A stretch of DNA of 64,000 nucleotides from an uncultured delta proteobacterium (GTDB lineage Bacteria; Desulfobacterota; BSN033; UBA1163), in NCBI GenBank assembly GCA_963708295.1, contig CAVPSJ010000015.1, positions 224,001 to 288,000 on the forward strand, written 5' to 3'. The position numbers were made by a program, and so were the translations under genes. The notes under the pieces were generated by a model that was not told the origin of the DNA, made no database searches, and was given only the letters and a program-made list of their open reading frames with translations. Of this stretch, positions 43,040 to 53,588 are shown piece after piece (positions within the stretch are counted from its first letter, which is position 1; each line of letters begins with the position of its first letter).

Positions 43040-43273
43040 TTATTTCACCGTGATCTCTCCTCTGTCCTGATCCTTCCAATTTTGATTGCTTCTCAACCGC
43101 TCCTCAACCCGTCGCCAGACGTCTTCCTCTTTCTTGCCCGGATTCTTTTCAAAGAAGTCCTTCCACGCCAGATCCATTTCCTCCCTCATTTTTTGCTTTG
43201 CACGCAAAAATGGAACCTCCCATTTCAGTGAGTCGTTCCTCGTGTCTATTCCCACTTTTGCTTTATGGTCCAT
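43040..43273 (-). CDS. Small hypothetical protein
   Basis: 77-aa ORF with strong RBS GGAGGT, directly downstream of the riboswitch. Confidence 0.55.
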   Translation of the reverse strand: MDHKAKVGIDTRNDSLKWEVPFLRAKQKMREEMDLAWKDFFEKNPGKKEEDVWRRVEERLRSNQNWKDQDRGEITVK

Positions 43274-43362
43274 CTAAAGTACCTCCAACTAATTTTGTTT
43301 ATAGATGAACTCAAAAATAAAGCCTCCACCTCTTAAAAAGGCCAAACTTACCTAAGCCTCTT

Positions 43363-43446
43363 CCTTCAGCGGCTCAGCCACCTTCAACTTTAAAAGGCCT
43401 ACCGTTTTCAGCCCCATCCTCACGGAAGGTTTGGTTTTATTGAGCA
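43363..43446 (-). ncRNA. GEMM-I (c-di-GMP-I class) riboswitch, A20 variant (possible 3',3'-cGAMP sensor)
   Basis: CUCAAUAAAACCAAACCUUCC-GUGA-GGAUGGGGCUGAAAACGGUAGGCCUU...AAGGUGGCUGAGCCGCUGAA; matches the P2/GNRA/P3 layout. Confidence 0.65.
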
Positions 43447-44102
43447 TTAAATTCCTTATCCTTTAGGTTTTTCTTATTTGGAAGACCCTTTAAAACACTT
43501 AAGTCAGAGGGAAGATTTGAATATGCTGATGGATCTGACTTTCTGGAGGAAGAGTCTAATTTGTATAGTCGAACTTTTAAAGGTCTTTCTCCATCCATCA
43601 CCCCCTTCGGAAAGAGAAAGTTTGTTAAGGTCTTAGATTTAGTACGACACAAAACGAATCCTTTGTCAATGCCAAAATAGGCTTGTGAAGATTATCTTTT
43701 AAGGATTATCACTTGCTGGTATAACGACATGGATTCTAGACCCGACGACTCCAGGAGGTAATGGAGGAACCATTAACTGACGAGGCCCGAAGGCAATGTG
43801 GGTCTGAATGAAATAGAAATCACTCGATCTACTCAAGGATCTGGAACAGCTTCTGGACCGATTGCCTGGTAAGCATAATAGCATCTTTACAGGTCTTCAT
43901 TCTGTCATCCCATTCCCTTTGCTCTAGGGGGCCAAGTCCAGAGAGGTCCAGTTGACTAAAAAACCGCATAGCTCATCGAGATGGAAGGAAATCCGTTCCA
44001 GTGAAACTCTGTTTCTTTCTTTCTCAATTTCCATCGCCGTGCCTTCCCTATCTTAGATCACCTGGAAAAGATAACTGCACACTAGATATGCCGAATATTG
44101 GC

Positions 44103-44345
44103 TTAACTTTTAATGTCTATTGGATGGTTATTGAAAGACAGATCGTGCCAAAGAACTCCTCCTGAAAGACCATCTACTCTCATCGGCTTGAAAAATATGT
44201 TCTTGCTATCCACATTATCACCTAAAAGCATTTTCCCCCAAGTCATGACAGAGTCGTTGGTTATTCTCGTTGGGTTCTTTCTTCTCTCTGGGAGAACCCC
44301 GATGAGCTCATAGCCTTTTGTCTTATTAAATGTGTACAGCTGGCT
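44103..44345 (-). CDS. Small conserved-looking hypothetical protein; start apparently lost
   Basis: LYTFNKTKGYELIGVLPERRKNPTRITNDSVMTWG; no clear start codon before the GC-rich segment begins. Confidence 0.45.
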   Translation of the reverse strand, partial: SQLYTFNKTKGYELIGVLPERRKNPTRITNDSVMTWGKMLLGDNVDSKNIFFKPMRVDGLSGGVLWHDLSFNNHPIDIKS

Positions 44346-44355
44346 CTTACAATGT

Positions 44356-45639
44356 TCAGTCCGGGGGAGTGTGTTGACCCTGTGCGGAACACCCGGAATG
44401 ATACAGGCGGCCGGCGTTGGGCGGAACGGCAATCTTTAGGCGACCGTCCTCAGCGTTCAGCGTTTTCCCAGTGAAGACGTCGACGAATGCGGCGTCCTTC
44501 GTGTTCAGTGGAATCTCCACCGTTTGCGCCTCCCGGTCCGGGTTCACCGCCACGACGCCCTTTTCGTAGACCCTGTAGTGGACTCCGTTGCCCGATCGGA
44601 TGTCATCGATGGGCCTGCCGATCCGCACCTGGTTCAAGTCGTCGTAGTGCGACCAGAGAAAACCCGACAGCTTCGCGCAGGCATACGCATAGAAGGCATT
44701 TTCCTTGCGTTGCTCTTCGTTCTCGCCCCCAACATAGCTCAAAGCAAGAACCGCCTTGCCGCGATCCACGTAGTGCCGCCAGTCGTCCGCCGCCTTCCTC
44801 ACCTGCTCCCAATCCTGTCTGCGCTGGGCGTTCCCAAAGATGTACGACTCCCACATTAATCCGTCCGAGCATTCGGCATATTCCTCGCGTAAATCCCCAG
44901 AGTTCAACACACATACTTTGTCGTCACCGTAGCTCTTCACCAAGCGGCGCACTTCGGCGAGAAGCATCTTGTAGGTCTCCGGGTTGTTCTTATCAGCATG
45001 AACGTGTTTGTGCTTGCCGCGTTCCGGCCCAAAACAGACCTCAGGATGGACATTGTCGATGAACAACCCATCAAAGCCCAGGTTCATAATTCCGCGCACG
45101 CCTCGCAGAACCGCCTCGGAATAGCCTTCAACATTCGTACAAACCTGACTCCAGCCGGCCACATAGTTCGGGTCGTTAAAGGGACGCTTGACCTCGCCGT
45201 TCTCGCCGATCAGCCTCCAATCGGGGTGGTTCGATAAATCTACCGCTTGCCAGAACGGATTCCGCTTGCATTCCTCGACACCCGGTGAACCGCCCTCCCA
45301 TCGGCGCCGGTCCTCCACGTCGGGGATCGCTGGCGCCTTGTAGAAGGAAACGTAGGCAATCGAGCGGATACCGGAATTATGGAACTCATGGACCCATTTC
45401 TGATTGGAGCACGGCTGCCCCCAGTCAATGAACGAGAACGCCTGGTAAGTGCGGATTTCCTCCTCGGAAGCCAGATCCGAGTACCACAAGCCGTACGTCT
45501 CGGCCTCGTAGAGCCACGTCGGGGCTTTGTCTGGTCGCGCGGGATCCGCAGCGCTGGCAATGGTCATCCAAAGCATCAGCGCCACGGGGATCAGCGACAT
45601 GATAGGCAGCAGGCGGTGTCGAGCGGGCAGTCGAGACAT
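44356..45639 (-). CDS. Secreted TIM-barrel putative glycoside hydrolase (GH114/GHL15-like) with a C-terminal beta domain
   Basis: Signal peptide; IAYVS; HPDW; GFDGLFIDN; DGLMWES; visibly GC-rich; promoter TTGACA-17-TAGATT at 45758-45730. Confidence 0.7.
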   Translation of the reverse strand: MSRLPARHRLLPIMSLIPVALMLWMTIASAADPARPDKAPTWLYEAETYGLWYSDLASEEEIRTYQAFSFIDWGQPCSNQKWVHEFHNSGIRSIAYVSFYKAPAIPDVEDRRRWEGGSPGVEECKRNPFWQAVDLSNHPDWRLIGENGEVKRPFNDPNYVAGWSQVCTNVEGYSEAVLRGVRGIMNLGFDGLFIDNVHPEVCFGPERGKHKHVHADKNNPETYKMLLAEVRRLVKSYGDDKVCVLNSGDLREEYAECSDGLMWESYIFGNAQRRQDWEQVRKAADDWRHYVDRGKAVLALSYVGGENEEQRKENAFYAYACAKLSGFLWSHYDDLNQVRIGRPIDDIRSGNGVHYRVYEKGVVAVNPDREAQTVEIPLNTKDAAFVDVFTGKTLNAEDGRLKIAVPPNAGRLYHSGCSAQGQHTPPD

Positions 45640-45988
45640 TTGTGGCGCTCCTTGGGGAGGACAACGAGAATGCCATTGGGGCAGCCTTAAGGATAAGAAA
45701 AGGATAAGAACTTGCTTTGGAACGAGTTGAATCTACAATAAAGGAAATAGTCTGTCAAGAATAACCGAAAAACATGGGAATGTCTCTCTTTTCCATTCGA
45801 GCGTCAGCCCGGCAAGAAGAAGCACACTAATGATTACCGAAGGAAACAAACAAAAAAGGCAGAGCCATTTGACCCTGCCTTTTCCCTCCTGTGATTAGAT
45901 TGTATAAATTTATTTTGTTGCAATTCTATTTGCAAAACCTCAGAGAGATGATTATTTTAGTTAGAGTGTCATCTGTGGGGGTGAAGAG

Positions 45989-48580
45989 ATGGATCCGAAT
46001 AAATTGACGTTGAAAGCCCAGGAGGCTTTGCAGGAAGCAAAATCCATTGCCGAGAAGAAACATCACCAGCAAATCGAGGTGGAGCACCTCTTGTCGGCCC
46101 TCCTCGCCCAGAAAGACGGGATCGTCATTCCGATTCTCCAGAAGTTAGGGGCAAACCCGGATTTGATTCATTCCCAGTTGGAGAACGAATTGAGCCGGAT
46201 TTCCCAGGTGACGGGCAGGGGGGCGGGGCAGGTTTATCTCTCCAGCCGGGCCAATGAAGTTCTGAACGCGGGCTGGAAAGAAGCCGAGGCTTTGACGGAT
46301 GAGTACCTCTCCACGGAGCATCTTCTGATCGCCATTGCGGATGAGAAGCAGGGAGCCTCCTATCAAATTCTTCAGAGGAACGGGGTGACCAAGGATGCGA
46401 TCTTCAGGGTGCTCCAGGAGATCCGGGGGGCCCAGCGGGTGACCGACCAGAATCCGGAGGACAAATACCAGGCCCTCAAGCGCTACAGCCGGGACCTCAC
46501 GGAGGAGGCGAGGAAGGGAAAGCTCGATCCGGTCATCGGCCGGGACGAAGAAATCCGGAGGGTGATTCAGGTCCTTTCGAGAAGGACCAAGAATAACCCG
46601 GTTCTGATCGGGGAGCCTGGCGTTGGAAAAACCGCGATCGTCGAAGGGCTGGCCCAGCGAATCGTGAAAGGCGATGTCCCCGAGACATTGAAGAATAAGA
46701 AGCTGGTGGCCCTCGACCTGGGCGCCATGATCGCAGGGGCCAAATTCAGAGGTGAATTCGAAGACCGGCTGAAGGCTGTTTTGAAAGAGATTTCGAATGC
46801 GGCGGGCAACATCATCCTTTTCATCGATGAACTCCATACCCTGGTGGGGGCGGGCGCAGCCGAAGGCGCCATCGACGCCTCCAACATGCTGAAGCCGGCC
46901 CTGGCTCGCGGGGAACTCCGCTGTGTCGGGGCGACGACGCTCAATGAATACCGGAAGTATGTCGAGAAGGACGCGGCGTTGGAGCGGCGGTTCCAGCCGA
47001 TCTACGTCAGCCAGCCCACCGTCGAGGATACCATTGCCATTCTCAGGGGATTGAAGGAGCGGTACGAGGTCCACCATGGCGTGAAGATCCTGGACTCGGC
47101 GATCATCGCTGCGGCCATGCTTTCCCATCGCTACATTGCGGATCGCTTCCTTCCCGACAAAGCCGTGGATCTGATCGACGAGGCGGCGTCGAGGCTTCGA
47201 ATCGAGATCGACAGCGTCCCGGTGGAGATCGATGAAGTTCAGCGGAAGGTCATGCAACTGGAGATCGAGCGTCAGGCGTTGAAAAAGGAGAAGGACAAGG
47301 CCTCCGTGGAAAGGCTGAAAAAAATCGAAAAAGAGTTGGCCGATTTAAAAGAAGAGGTGAAAGAAAAGTCGCTCAGGTGGGAGAATGAGAAGAAGGCCAT
47401 TTCGAGAATCCACCAGATCAAAGAACAGATCGAGAAGACGAAGCAGATGATGAAAGAGGCCGAGCGGGAAGTAAACTATTCCAGGCTGGCCGAGCTGCAA
47501 TACGGAGAAATGGCAAGACTCGAGGGCGAGTTGAAGAAAGAAGAGGAGAGACTCGCAGCCGTCCAAAAGAGCGGGAAGATGCTCAAGGAAGAAGTGGATG
47601 AAGAGGATGTGGCTGAAGTGGTTTCCAAGTGGACCGGCATTCCGGTTTCGAGGATGCTGGAAGGAGAGATGGAGAAGCTGGTCCATATGGAGGAGAGGCT
47701 GAAGCAGCGGGTCATCGGTCAGGATGACGCGGTCGTCGCCGTTTCGAACGCCGTGAGAAGGGCCAGGGCGGGATTGCAGGACCCCAATCGGCCCATCGGT
47801 TCCTTCATTTTCATGGGACCCACGGGTGTCGGAAAGACAGAGCTTGCGCGGGCCCTGGCTGAGTTTTTGTTCGATGATGAGCAGGCGATGGTCAGAATCG
47901 ATATGTCCGAATACATGGAGAAACATTCTGTCGCCCGGCTGATCGGCGCGCCGCCCGGGTATGTGGGATACGAGGAAGGGGGTTTTCTCACCGAGGCGGT
48001 TCGAAGAAGACCTTATTCCATTGTCCTCATGGACGAGATTGAGAAGGCACATCCTGAAGTGTTCAACATCCTCCTGCAGATTTTGGACGATGGGAGGCTG
48101 ACCGATGGCCACGGTCGAACGGTTGATTTCAAGAATACGGTCGTCATCATGACCTCCAACATCGGAAGCCAGTGGATTACCGACCTGGGAGAGAAGGACT
48201 ACGAGGAGATGCGGCGTCGGGTGCTGGACGCGGTCAGGGCGCATTTCAAGCCCGAGTTTTTGAACCGTGTTGACGAGTTGGTCATCTTCCGCAGTCTGGG
48301 GCTGGAGCAGATTAAGGCGATTGTTGAAATTCAAGTGAAGAAACTTGAGAAGCGCCTGCTGGAAAGACGAATACAACTTAAAATAACGGAAAGAGCGAAA
48401 GAATGGTTAGCCAACGAGGGGTTTGATCCTGCCTATGGAGCGCGACCACTTAAACGAGTGATTCAAAAGGAGATTCAGGATAAGTTAGCCTTGCGGATTT
48501 TAGAAGGCAAATTTAAAGAAGGCAGTGCAGTCACTGCGGACGTGGATGAAAGAAAAGGGGAACTGGTATTCAAGGCATAG
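45989..48580 (+). CDS. clpB: ATP-dependent chaperone ClpB
   Basis: Two AAA+ modules ([16 protein letters not shown]) with a long coiled-coil middle domain. Confidence 0.97.
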   Translation: MDPNKLTLKAQEALQEAKSIAEKKHHQQIEVEHLLSALLAQKDGIVIPILQKLGANPDLIHSQLENELSRISQVTGRGAGQVYLSSRANEVLNAGWKEAEALTDEYLSTEHLLIAIADEKQGASYQILQRNGVTKDAIFRVLQEIRGAQRVTDQNPEDKYQALKRYSRDLTEEARKGKLDPVIGRDEEIRRVIQVLSRRTKNNPVLIGEPGVGKTAIVEGLAQRIVKGDVPETLKNKKLVALDLGAMIAGAKFRGEFEDRLKAVLKEISNAAGNIILFIDELHTLVGAGAAEGAIDASNMLKPALARGELRCVGATTLNEYRKYVEKDAALERRFQPIYVSQPTVEDTIAILRGLKERYEVHHGVKILDSAIIAAAMLSHRYIADRFLPDKAVDLIDEAASRLRIEIDSVPVEIDEVQRKVMQLEIERQALKKEKDKASVERLKKIEKELADLKEEVKEKSLRWENEKKAISRIHQIKEQIEKTKQMMKEAEREVNYSRLAELQYGEMARLEGELKKEEERLAAVQKSGKMLKEEVDEEDVAEVVSKWTGIPVSRMLEGEMEKLVHMEERLKQRVIGQDDAVVAVSNAVRRARAGLQDPNRPIGSFIFMGPTGVGKTELARALAEFLFDDEQAMVRIDMSEYMEKHSVARLIGAPPGYVGYEEGGFLTEAVRRRPYSIVLMDEIEKAHPEVFNILLQILDDGRLTDGHGRTVDFKNTVVIMTSNIGSQWITDLGEKDYEEMRRRVLDAVRAHFKPEFLNRVDELVIFRSLGLEQIKAIVEIQVKKLEKRLLERRIQLKITERAKEWLANEGFDPAYGARPLKRVIQKEIQDKLALRILEGKFKEGSAVTADVDERKGELVFKA

Positions 48581-48687
48581 AGTTATAACTTAACAATGTT
48601 CTTGACAATATTTTAAAAAACTGTTATGAATACAACGTTTTGCCAAAGTCTGCCTGCTCTGTGCGGCGGAAGGCAAAGGAGTTCTGA

Positions 48688-48762
48688 AGGCACGTAGCTC
48701 AGGGGGAGAGCGCTACCTTGACGCGGTAGAAGTCTGGGGTTCAAATCCCCACGTGCCTACCA
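48688..48762 (+). tRNA. tRNA-Val(GAC)
   Basis: AGGCACG/CGTGCCT acceptor stem; CTACC-TTGACGC-GGTAG anticodon arm; GTTCAAATC; CCA end. Confidence 0.93.
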
Positions 48763-48867
48763 TTGGCCGAAACCTGCCCCGGAAGGCCCGCTTGCAGGCG
48801 GGTCAAGGGGCACAACATATACGAAACTTCCTCTTCGGGAAGCCCCGACCTGTGGGCGGGGAGCTTC
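48763..48867 (-). mobile_element. Family B palindromic element copy 2, abutting the tRNA-Val 3' end
   Basis: Reverse complement aligns with 28177-28287. Confidence 0.55.
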
Positions 48868-49003
48868 AAACCAATTCTTTAAAAAGTGAAACATAACTTA
48901 TTGAAGAAACATACAATTTGATGAAAACAACACGAAGAGGCATCATTCAGATTTATTTTGAGTGATGCCTCTTCCGCTTCAGTTCAAGCAGGATGACCGA
49001 AGA

Positions 49004-50897
49004 ATGAATGAACAGGTGACCCTCACCATCGATGGCGAGAAGCGATCGGTCCCGAAGGGAATGAAGCTCGAAGCATTGGCCGGTCCGCGGGACAAGGACG
49101 CTGTTGCAGCGCAGGTCAATGGAGCGGTCCTTGATCTCAGTAGGACGGTGGAGAAAGATGCAGCCGTTTCATTCATCGCCATTCATTCGAAAAAAGGGTT
49201 AGAGATATTGCGCCATTCTGCCGCGCATGTCATGGCCGAGGCAGTGAGGGAACTGTTTCCGAGCGTTAAGATGACCTTTGGTCCCTCTACCGAAAATGGC
49301 TTCTATTATGATTTCGACTTTGATCGAACCTTTACACCTCAAGATCTTGAGACGATAGAAAAAAGGATGTCCGAGATCATTGCGAAGGACGAGCCCTTTC
49401 TTCGTAAAGAGGTGTCAAAAGAGGAAGCCGTCAAGACCTTTGAAGAAATGGGGCAAACCTATAAAGTGGAACACCTGGAGGAGCTTCCCGATCGTGTTTC
49501 TCTCTACCGGCAAGGGAGTTTCGTGGATCTCTGTGAAGGCCCCCATCTCCCTTCGACGGGGAGGATTAAGGCCTTTCGGCTCTTGAATGTATCGGGGACT
49601 TATTGGAGAGGGGACGCCCGGAATCAGGTCCTCCAGAGGATTTACGGAACGGCGTTTCCGACCCAGCAGGCCTTGGAGGAATTTCTCCACATGCTTGAGG
49701 AGGCCCGCAAACGGGACCACCGAAAACTGGGGAAGGAGCTGGATCTCTTCAGCCTGAGCGAAGAGGCAGGCCCGGGTCTGGTGATCTATCACCCCAAAGG
49801 CGCCATGCTCCGGACGATCCTGGAAGATTTTGAGAAGAAGGAACATTTGAAACGGGGATATCAGATCGTCATCGGCCCCCATCTCCTCCGGATGGAGCTT
49901 TGGCAGCAGTCGGGCCATTTCGAAAACTATCGGGATAAGATGTACTTCACCAAAGTCGAGGACGTGGAGTATGGAATCAAGCCGATGAACTGCCTTGCCC
50001 ACATGCTCATCTATAAATCCCAGATTCGAAGCTATCGAGATCTTCCGATCCGATATTTCGAGTTGGGAACGGTCTACCGGCATGAGAAATCCGGCGAGCT
50101 CCATGGTCTTCTTCGGGTCAGAGGGTTTACTCAGGATGATGCCCATATCCTCTGCCGGCCGGATCAATTGAACGAGGAGATCTGCTCCATCATCGAATTC
50201 GTGGATGATGTGATGAAGATCTTTGGTTTCGAGTATGAGATCGAACTCAGCACCCGGCCGGAAAAGTCGATCGGCTCGCAGGAGGATTGGGAGAGGGCGA
50301 CGCAAGCCCTGATTCATGCCCTCAAGACAAAAAACCTTCCCTACGATGTGCAATGAAGGGGAGGGGGCTTTTTACGGTCCGAAGATTGACATCAAGCTCA
50401 AAGATGCCCTTCACCGAAGGTGGCAGTGTGCGACGATTCAGGTGGACTTTGCCCTGCCCGAACGGTTTGACCTGACCTACGTGGGAAGCGATGGAGAACG
50501 GCACCGGCCCGTCATGCTTCACCGGGTGATCCTCGGCGCGATGGAGAGGTTCATCGGAGTGTTGATTGAACACTATGCCGGGGCATTTCCGGTCTGGCTC
50601 GCTCCGACCCAGGCGATTCTGATGACCGTGACCGATCGGCAGATCGAGTACGCCGAGGGGGTTTACCGCCAGCTCGTTCAAAAAGGAGTGCGCATGGAAA
50701 AGGACTTCCGGAATGAGAAGCTGGGGTTCAAGATTCGGGAAGCCCAGCTTCAGAAGATCCCCTACATGCTTGTGGCCGGGGATCGGGAAGTGAAAGAGGG
50801 AACCCTGGCTCCACGAAAACGAAGCGGCGAAACATTGAAGTCGATGACGGTAGAGGATATCGTCAAACAAATCGAATCCGAATACCCAATAATATAA
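49004..50897 (+). CDS. thrS: Threonyl-tRNA synthetase (frameshift near 50350, probably a sequencing error)
   Basis: RHSAAH; DLCEGPH; KPMNC; GAFYGPKID; QCATIQVDF. Confidence 0.96.
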
Positions 50898-50942
50898 TTG
50901 AATTGCAGATTGAAAAATCTGAGATCCAAAGCAAACCAAGAA

Positions 50943-51022
50943 TGTCATTCCGGAGAAATCCGGAATCCAGTGTTTTGAAGGTATTCCGAACTAACTGGAC
51001 CCCGGTTTTTACCGGGGCGACG
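50943..51022. repeat. REP-like element
   Basis: GTCATTCCGG...CCGGAATCCAG...CTGGACCCCGG...CCGGGGCGAC, flanked by heptamer arrays. Confidence 0.6.
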
Positions 51023-51122
51023 CCTAAATAAGATAAGAATAGATTGCAGATCGCAAATTGCAGATTGAAAAGTCTGAAATCCAAAATCTGAAATTTGAAA
51101 TCGAAAGAAGGAGGTGATGCTT

Positions 51123-51647
51123 ATCGCAAGGGATGTTCGAATTAATCGAGAGATTCGAGCGAAAGAGGTAAGGGTCATTGACCCGGAGGGGAAGCAGTTG
51201 GGGGTCTTACCAGCCTACGAGGCGCTTCGGCTGGCAACGGGTTTTGAGTTAGACCTGGTGGAGGTTTCACCGAAATCGGAGCCGCCCGTCTGCCGCATCA
51301 TGGATTACGGGAAGTTCAAGTATCAGCAGAGCAAGAAGGCGCATGATGCGAAAAAGAAGCAGGTCGTTGTCCATCTTAAAGAAGTGAAGATGAGGCCGAA
51401 GACCGAGGAGCACGATTTTCAATTTAAGCTTAAGCATATCGAACGATTTCTGAAAGAGGGAAATAAGACCAAGGTGACCATTGTTTTTCGGGGAAGGGAG
51501 CTCGCCCATCCTGACCTGGGGAGAAACATGCTGGGCAGGATTACGGAGGAGGCCAAGGAGTGGGCGAAGGTCGAGCTGGCTCCCAAATTTGAAGGAAGAA
51601 ATTTCATCATGGTCTTAGCTCCTCTCCAGAGTCAAAAACCATCTTAA
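51123..51647 (+). CDS. infC: Translation initiation factor IF-3 (probable ATC start)
   Basis: RINREIRAKEVRVI; PPVCRIMDYGKFKY; SD GGAGGTGA spaced for ATC at 51123. Confidence 0.95.
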   Translation: MARDVRINREIRAKEVRVIDPEGKQLGVLPAYEALRLATGFELDLVEVSPKSEPPVCRIMDYGKFKYQQSKKAHDAKKKQVVVHLKEVKMRPKTEEHDFQFKLKHIERFLKEGNKTKVTIVFRGRELAHPDLGRNMLGRITEEAKEWAKVELAPKFEGRNFIMVLAPLQSQKPS

Positions 51648-51736
51648 AGAGACTTGTGTCGGTGTGAGTGTCGGTGTCAGCTTTGCCTTGCACACACAGA
51701 CACTGTCACTGTCACGATGAATCAAAGGAGAAACAC

Positions 51737-51935
51737 GTGCCAAAATTGAAGACCAATCGAGGAGCAGCAAAACGGTTTAAGAAGACCGGGACGGGGAAGA
51801 TAAAAGCCAAGAGGGCCTTTGCACGTCATATTCTGACGAAAAAGTCGACCAGTCGAAAGCGAGGCCTCCGGAGGCCGAAGGTGCATCGAGAAGACGGACT
51901 CCAAGGGGATCAAGAAGCTGGTCCCGTACATTTAA
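51737..51935 (+). CDS. rpmI: 50S ribosomal protein L35 (one extra base near 51885)
   Basis: [21 protein letters not shown]; shifted frame ends IKKLVPYI-stop. Confidence 0.92.
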
Positions 51936-51991
51936 AAATAAAAAAACGCTTAGCGCATAGCGCATGGCGACTATCAGGAGGATGATCAATC

Positions 51992-52357
51992 ATGCCGAGG
52001 GTAAAAGGAGGACCAAAGACAAGACAGAGACGGAAAAGGGTCCTTAAAATGGCAAAAGGTTATCGGGGAGGGCGAAGCCGGCTCTACCGAACGGCCGTCG
52101 ACGCGGTCCATCGGGCTCTGGCTTATGCCTATCGCGATCGAAAGGCCAGGAAAAGAGATTTCAGAAGGCTTTGGATTGCTCGCATCAATGCGGCGGCGAG
52201 GCTTCAAGGGGTCTCTTACAGCCGTTTGATGGACGCTTTGAAGAAAGCCCATATCGAGATGGATCGAAAGATATTAGCCGATTTAGCGGTGAAGGATCCG
52301 GGCGCCTTTTCCAAGATTGTCGCGATGGCAAAGACGAGCGCTGCTGGAAAATCTTGA
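51992..52357 (+). CDS. rplT: 50S ribosomal protein L20
   Basis: MPRVKGG; [24 protein letters not shown]. Confidence 0.97.
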   Translation: MPRVKGGPKTRQRRKRVLKMAKGYRGGRSRLYRTAVDAVHRALAYAYRDRKARKRDFRRLWIARINAAARLQGVSYSRLMDALKKAHIEMDRKILADLAVKDPGAFSKIVAMAKTSAAGKS

Positions 52358-52382
52358 AGCCTGCCCGCAGGAGAAGAACCTC

Positions 52383-53399
52383 GTGAAAGAGGAGTTGGAA
52401 AAGCTCCGAAACGAAGTCTTGATCTCAATCTCTCAGACCTCGACGGAAAAAGAGCTTTCTGAAATCCGGGTGGGGGTTTTAGGAAGGAAGGGGAGCCTCA
52501 CTCAGCTTCTCAAACGTCTGGGGTCCCTTCCCGAGGAGGAGCGCAGAGAAATAGGGAGAAGGGCAAATCAGGTCAAAGGTGACCTCGAGGAAAGGATCGA
52601 AGACACCCTTCTGCAGATTCAAGAACGGGAGCGAAGGGAGGTCCTGGAGAAAGAGAAAGTCGATGTGACCCTCCCCGGCAGGCGGGTTCCTTTTGGAAAG
52701 AGGCATCCTCTCACCCAGACCCTGGATGAGATCATCGACATCTTTTCCCGCCTGGGGTTCGAGGTTGCGGAAGGACCCGAGGTGGAGCTGGACTACTACA
52801 ACTTCGAAGCCCTGAATATTCCGAAGGGGCATCCTGCCAGAGAAATGCAAGCCACCTTCTTCATCTCGGATGAGGTGGTGCTCCGAACGCATACCTCACC
52901 GATGGAGGTGAGGACGATGGAAAAGCATCCTCCTCCCGTGCGAATCATCTCTCCCGGCCCCGCTTACCGGCGGGATTCGGATCCAACCCATTCCCCGATG
53001 TTTCACCAGGTAGAGGGACTTTTGGTCGATAAAGGGATTACCTTTGCCGACCTGAAAGGCGTCCTGACCGTCTTTGTTCACCAGATGTTCGGCAAGGGAA
53101 CGAGGCTTCGATTTCGGCCCAGCTTTTTCCCCTTCACCGAGCCGAGCGCGGAGATTGACATCGAATGTATCATGTGCGGCGGAAAGGGATGCGGGGTTTG
53201 CTCGAACACCGGCTGGTTGGAAATTTTGGGTTCTGGAATGACAGACCCGGCAGTATTCGGATTTGTGAACTATGACCCTGAAGAGGTGACGGGTTTCGCA
53301 TTCGGGATGGGCGTCGAAAGAATCGCCATGCTCAAGTACGGGATCAACGATATCCGGCTCTTCTTCACGAATGATCTGAGGTTCCTGAGGCAGTTCTAG
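52383..53399 (+). CDS. pheS: Phenylalanyl-tRNA synthetase alpha subunit
   Basis: HPAREMQ; LRTHTSP; FPFTEPS; GFAFGMG. Confidence 0.97.
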   Translation: MKEELEKLRNEVLISISQTSTEKELSEIRVGVLGRKGSLTQLLKRLGSLPEEERREIGRRANQVKGDLEERIEDTLLQIQERERREVLEKEKVDVTLPGRRVPFGKRHPLTQTLDEIIDIFSRLGFEVAEGPEVELDYYNFEALNIPKGHPAREMQATFFISDEVVLRTHTSPMEVRTMEKHPPPVRIISPGPAYRRDSDPTHSPMFHQVEGLLVDKGITFADLKGVLTVFVHQMFGKGTRLRFRPSFFPFTEPSAEIDIECIMCGGKGCGVCSNTGWLEILGSGMTDPAVFGFVNYDPEEVTGFAFGMGVERIAMLKYGINDIRLFFTNDLRFLRQF

Positions 53400-53588
53400 A
53401 TGAGAGGGAGCCACACGGGATTTTTTAAATTCGAAGCACGAAATCCGAAGTACGAAACAAGCACGAATTTTCAAAATACAGATGACCGAAACCGAGGTTT
53501 AGAATTTTGAGAATTTGAATTTTGAAATTGTTTCGAGTTGGTCCGAGGCGGACGCTTCGCCCGATATTCGGTTTTAGGACTTGAAAAG

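Noticed and set aside
45880-45988. CIRCE/HrcA operator before clpB
   Set aside because: No TTAGCACTC-N9-GAGTGCTAA match; only a partial GAGTGTCA
48870-49003. T-box or attenuator upstream of thrS
   Set aside because: Only a simple hairpin (about 48935-48974); no T-box consensus
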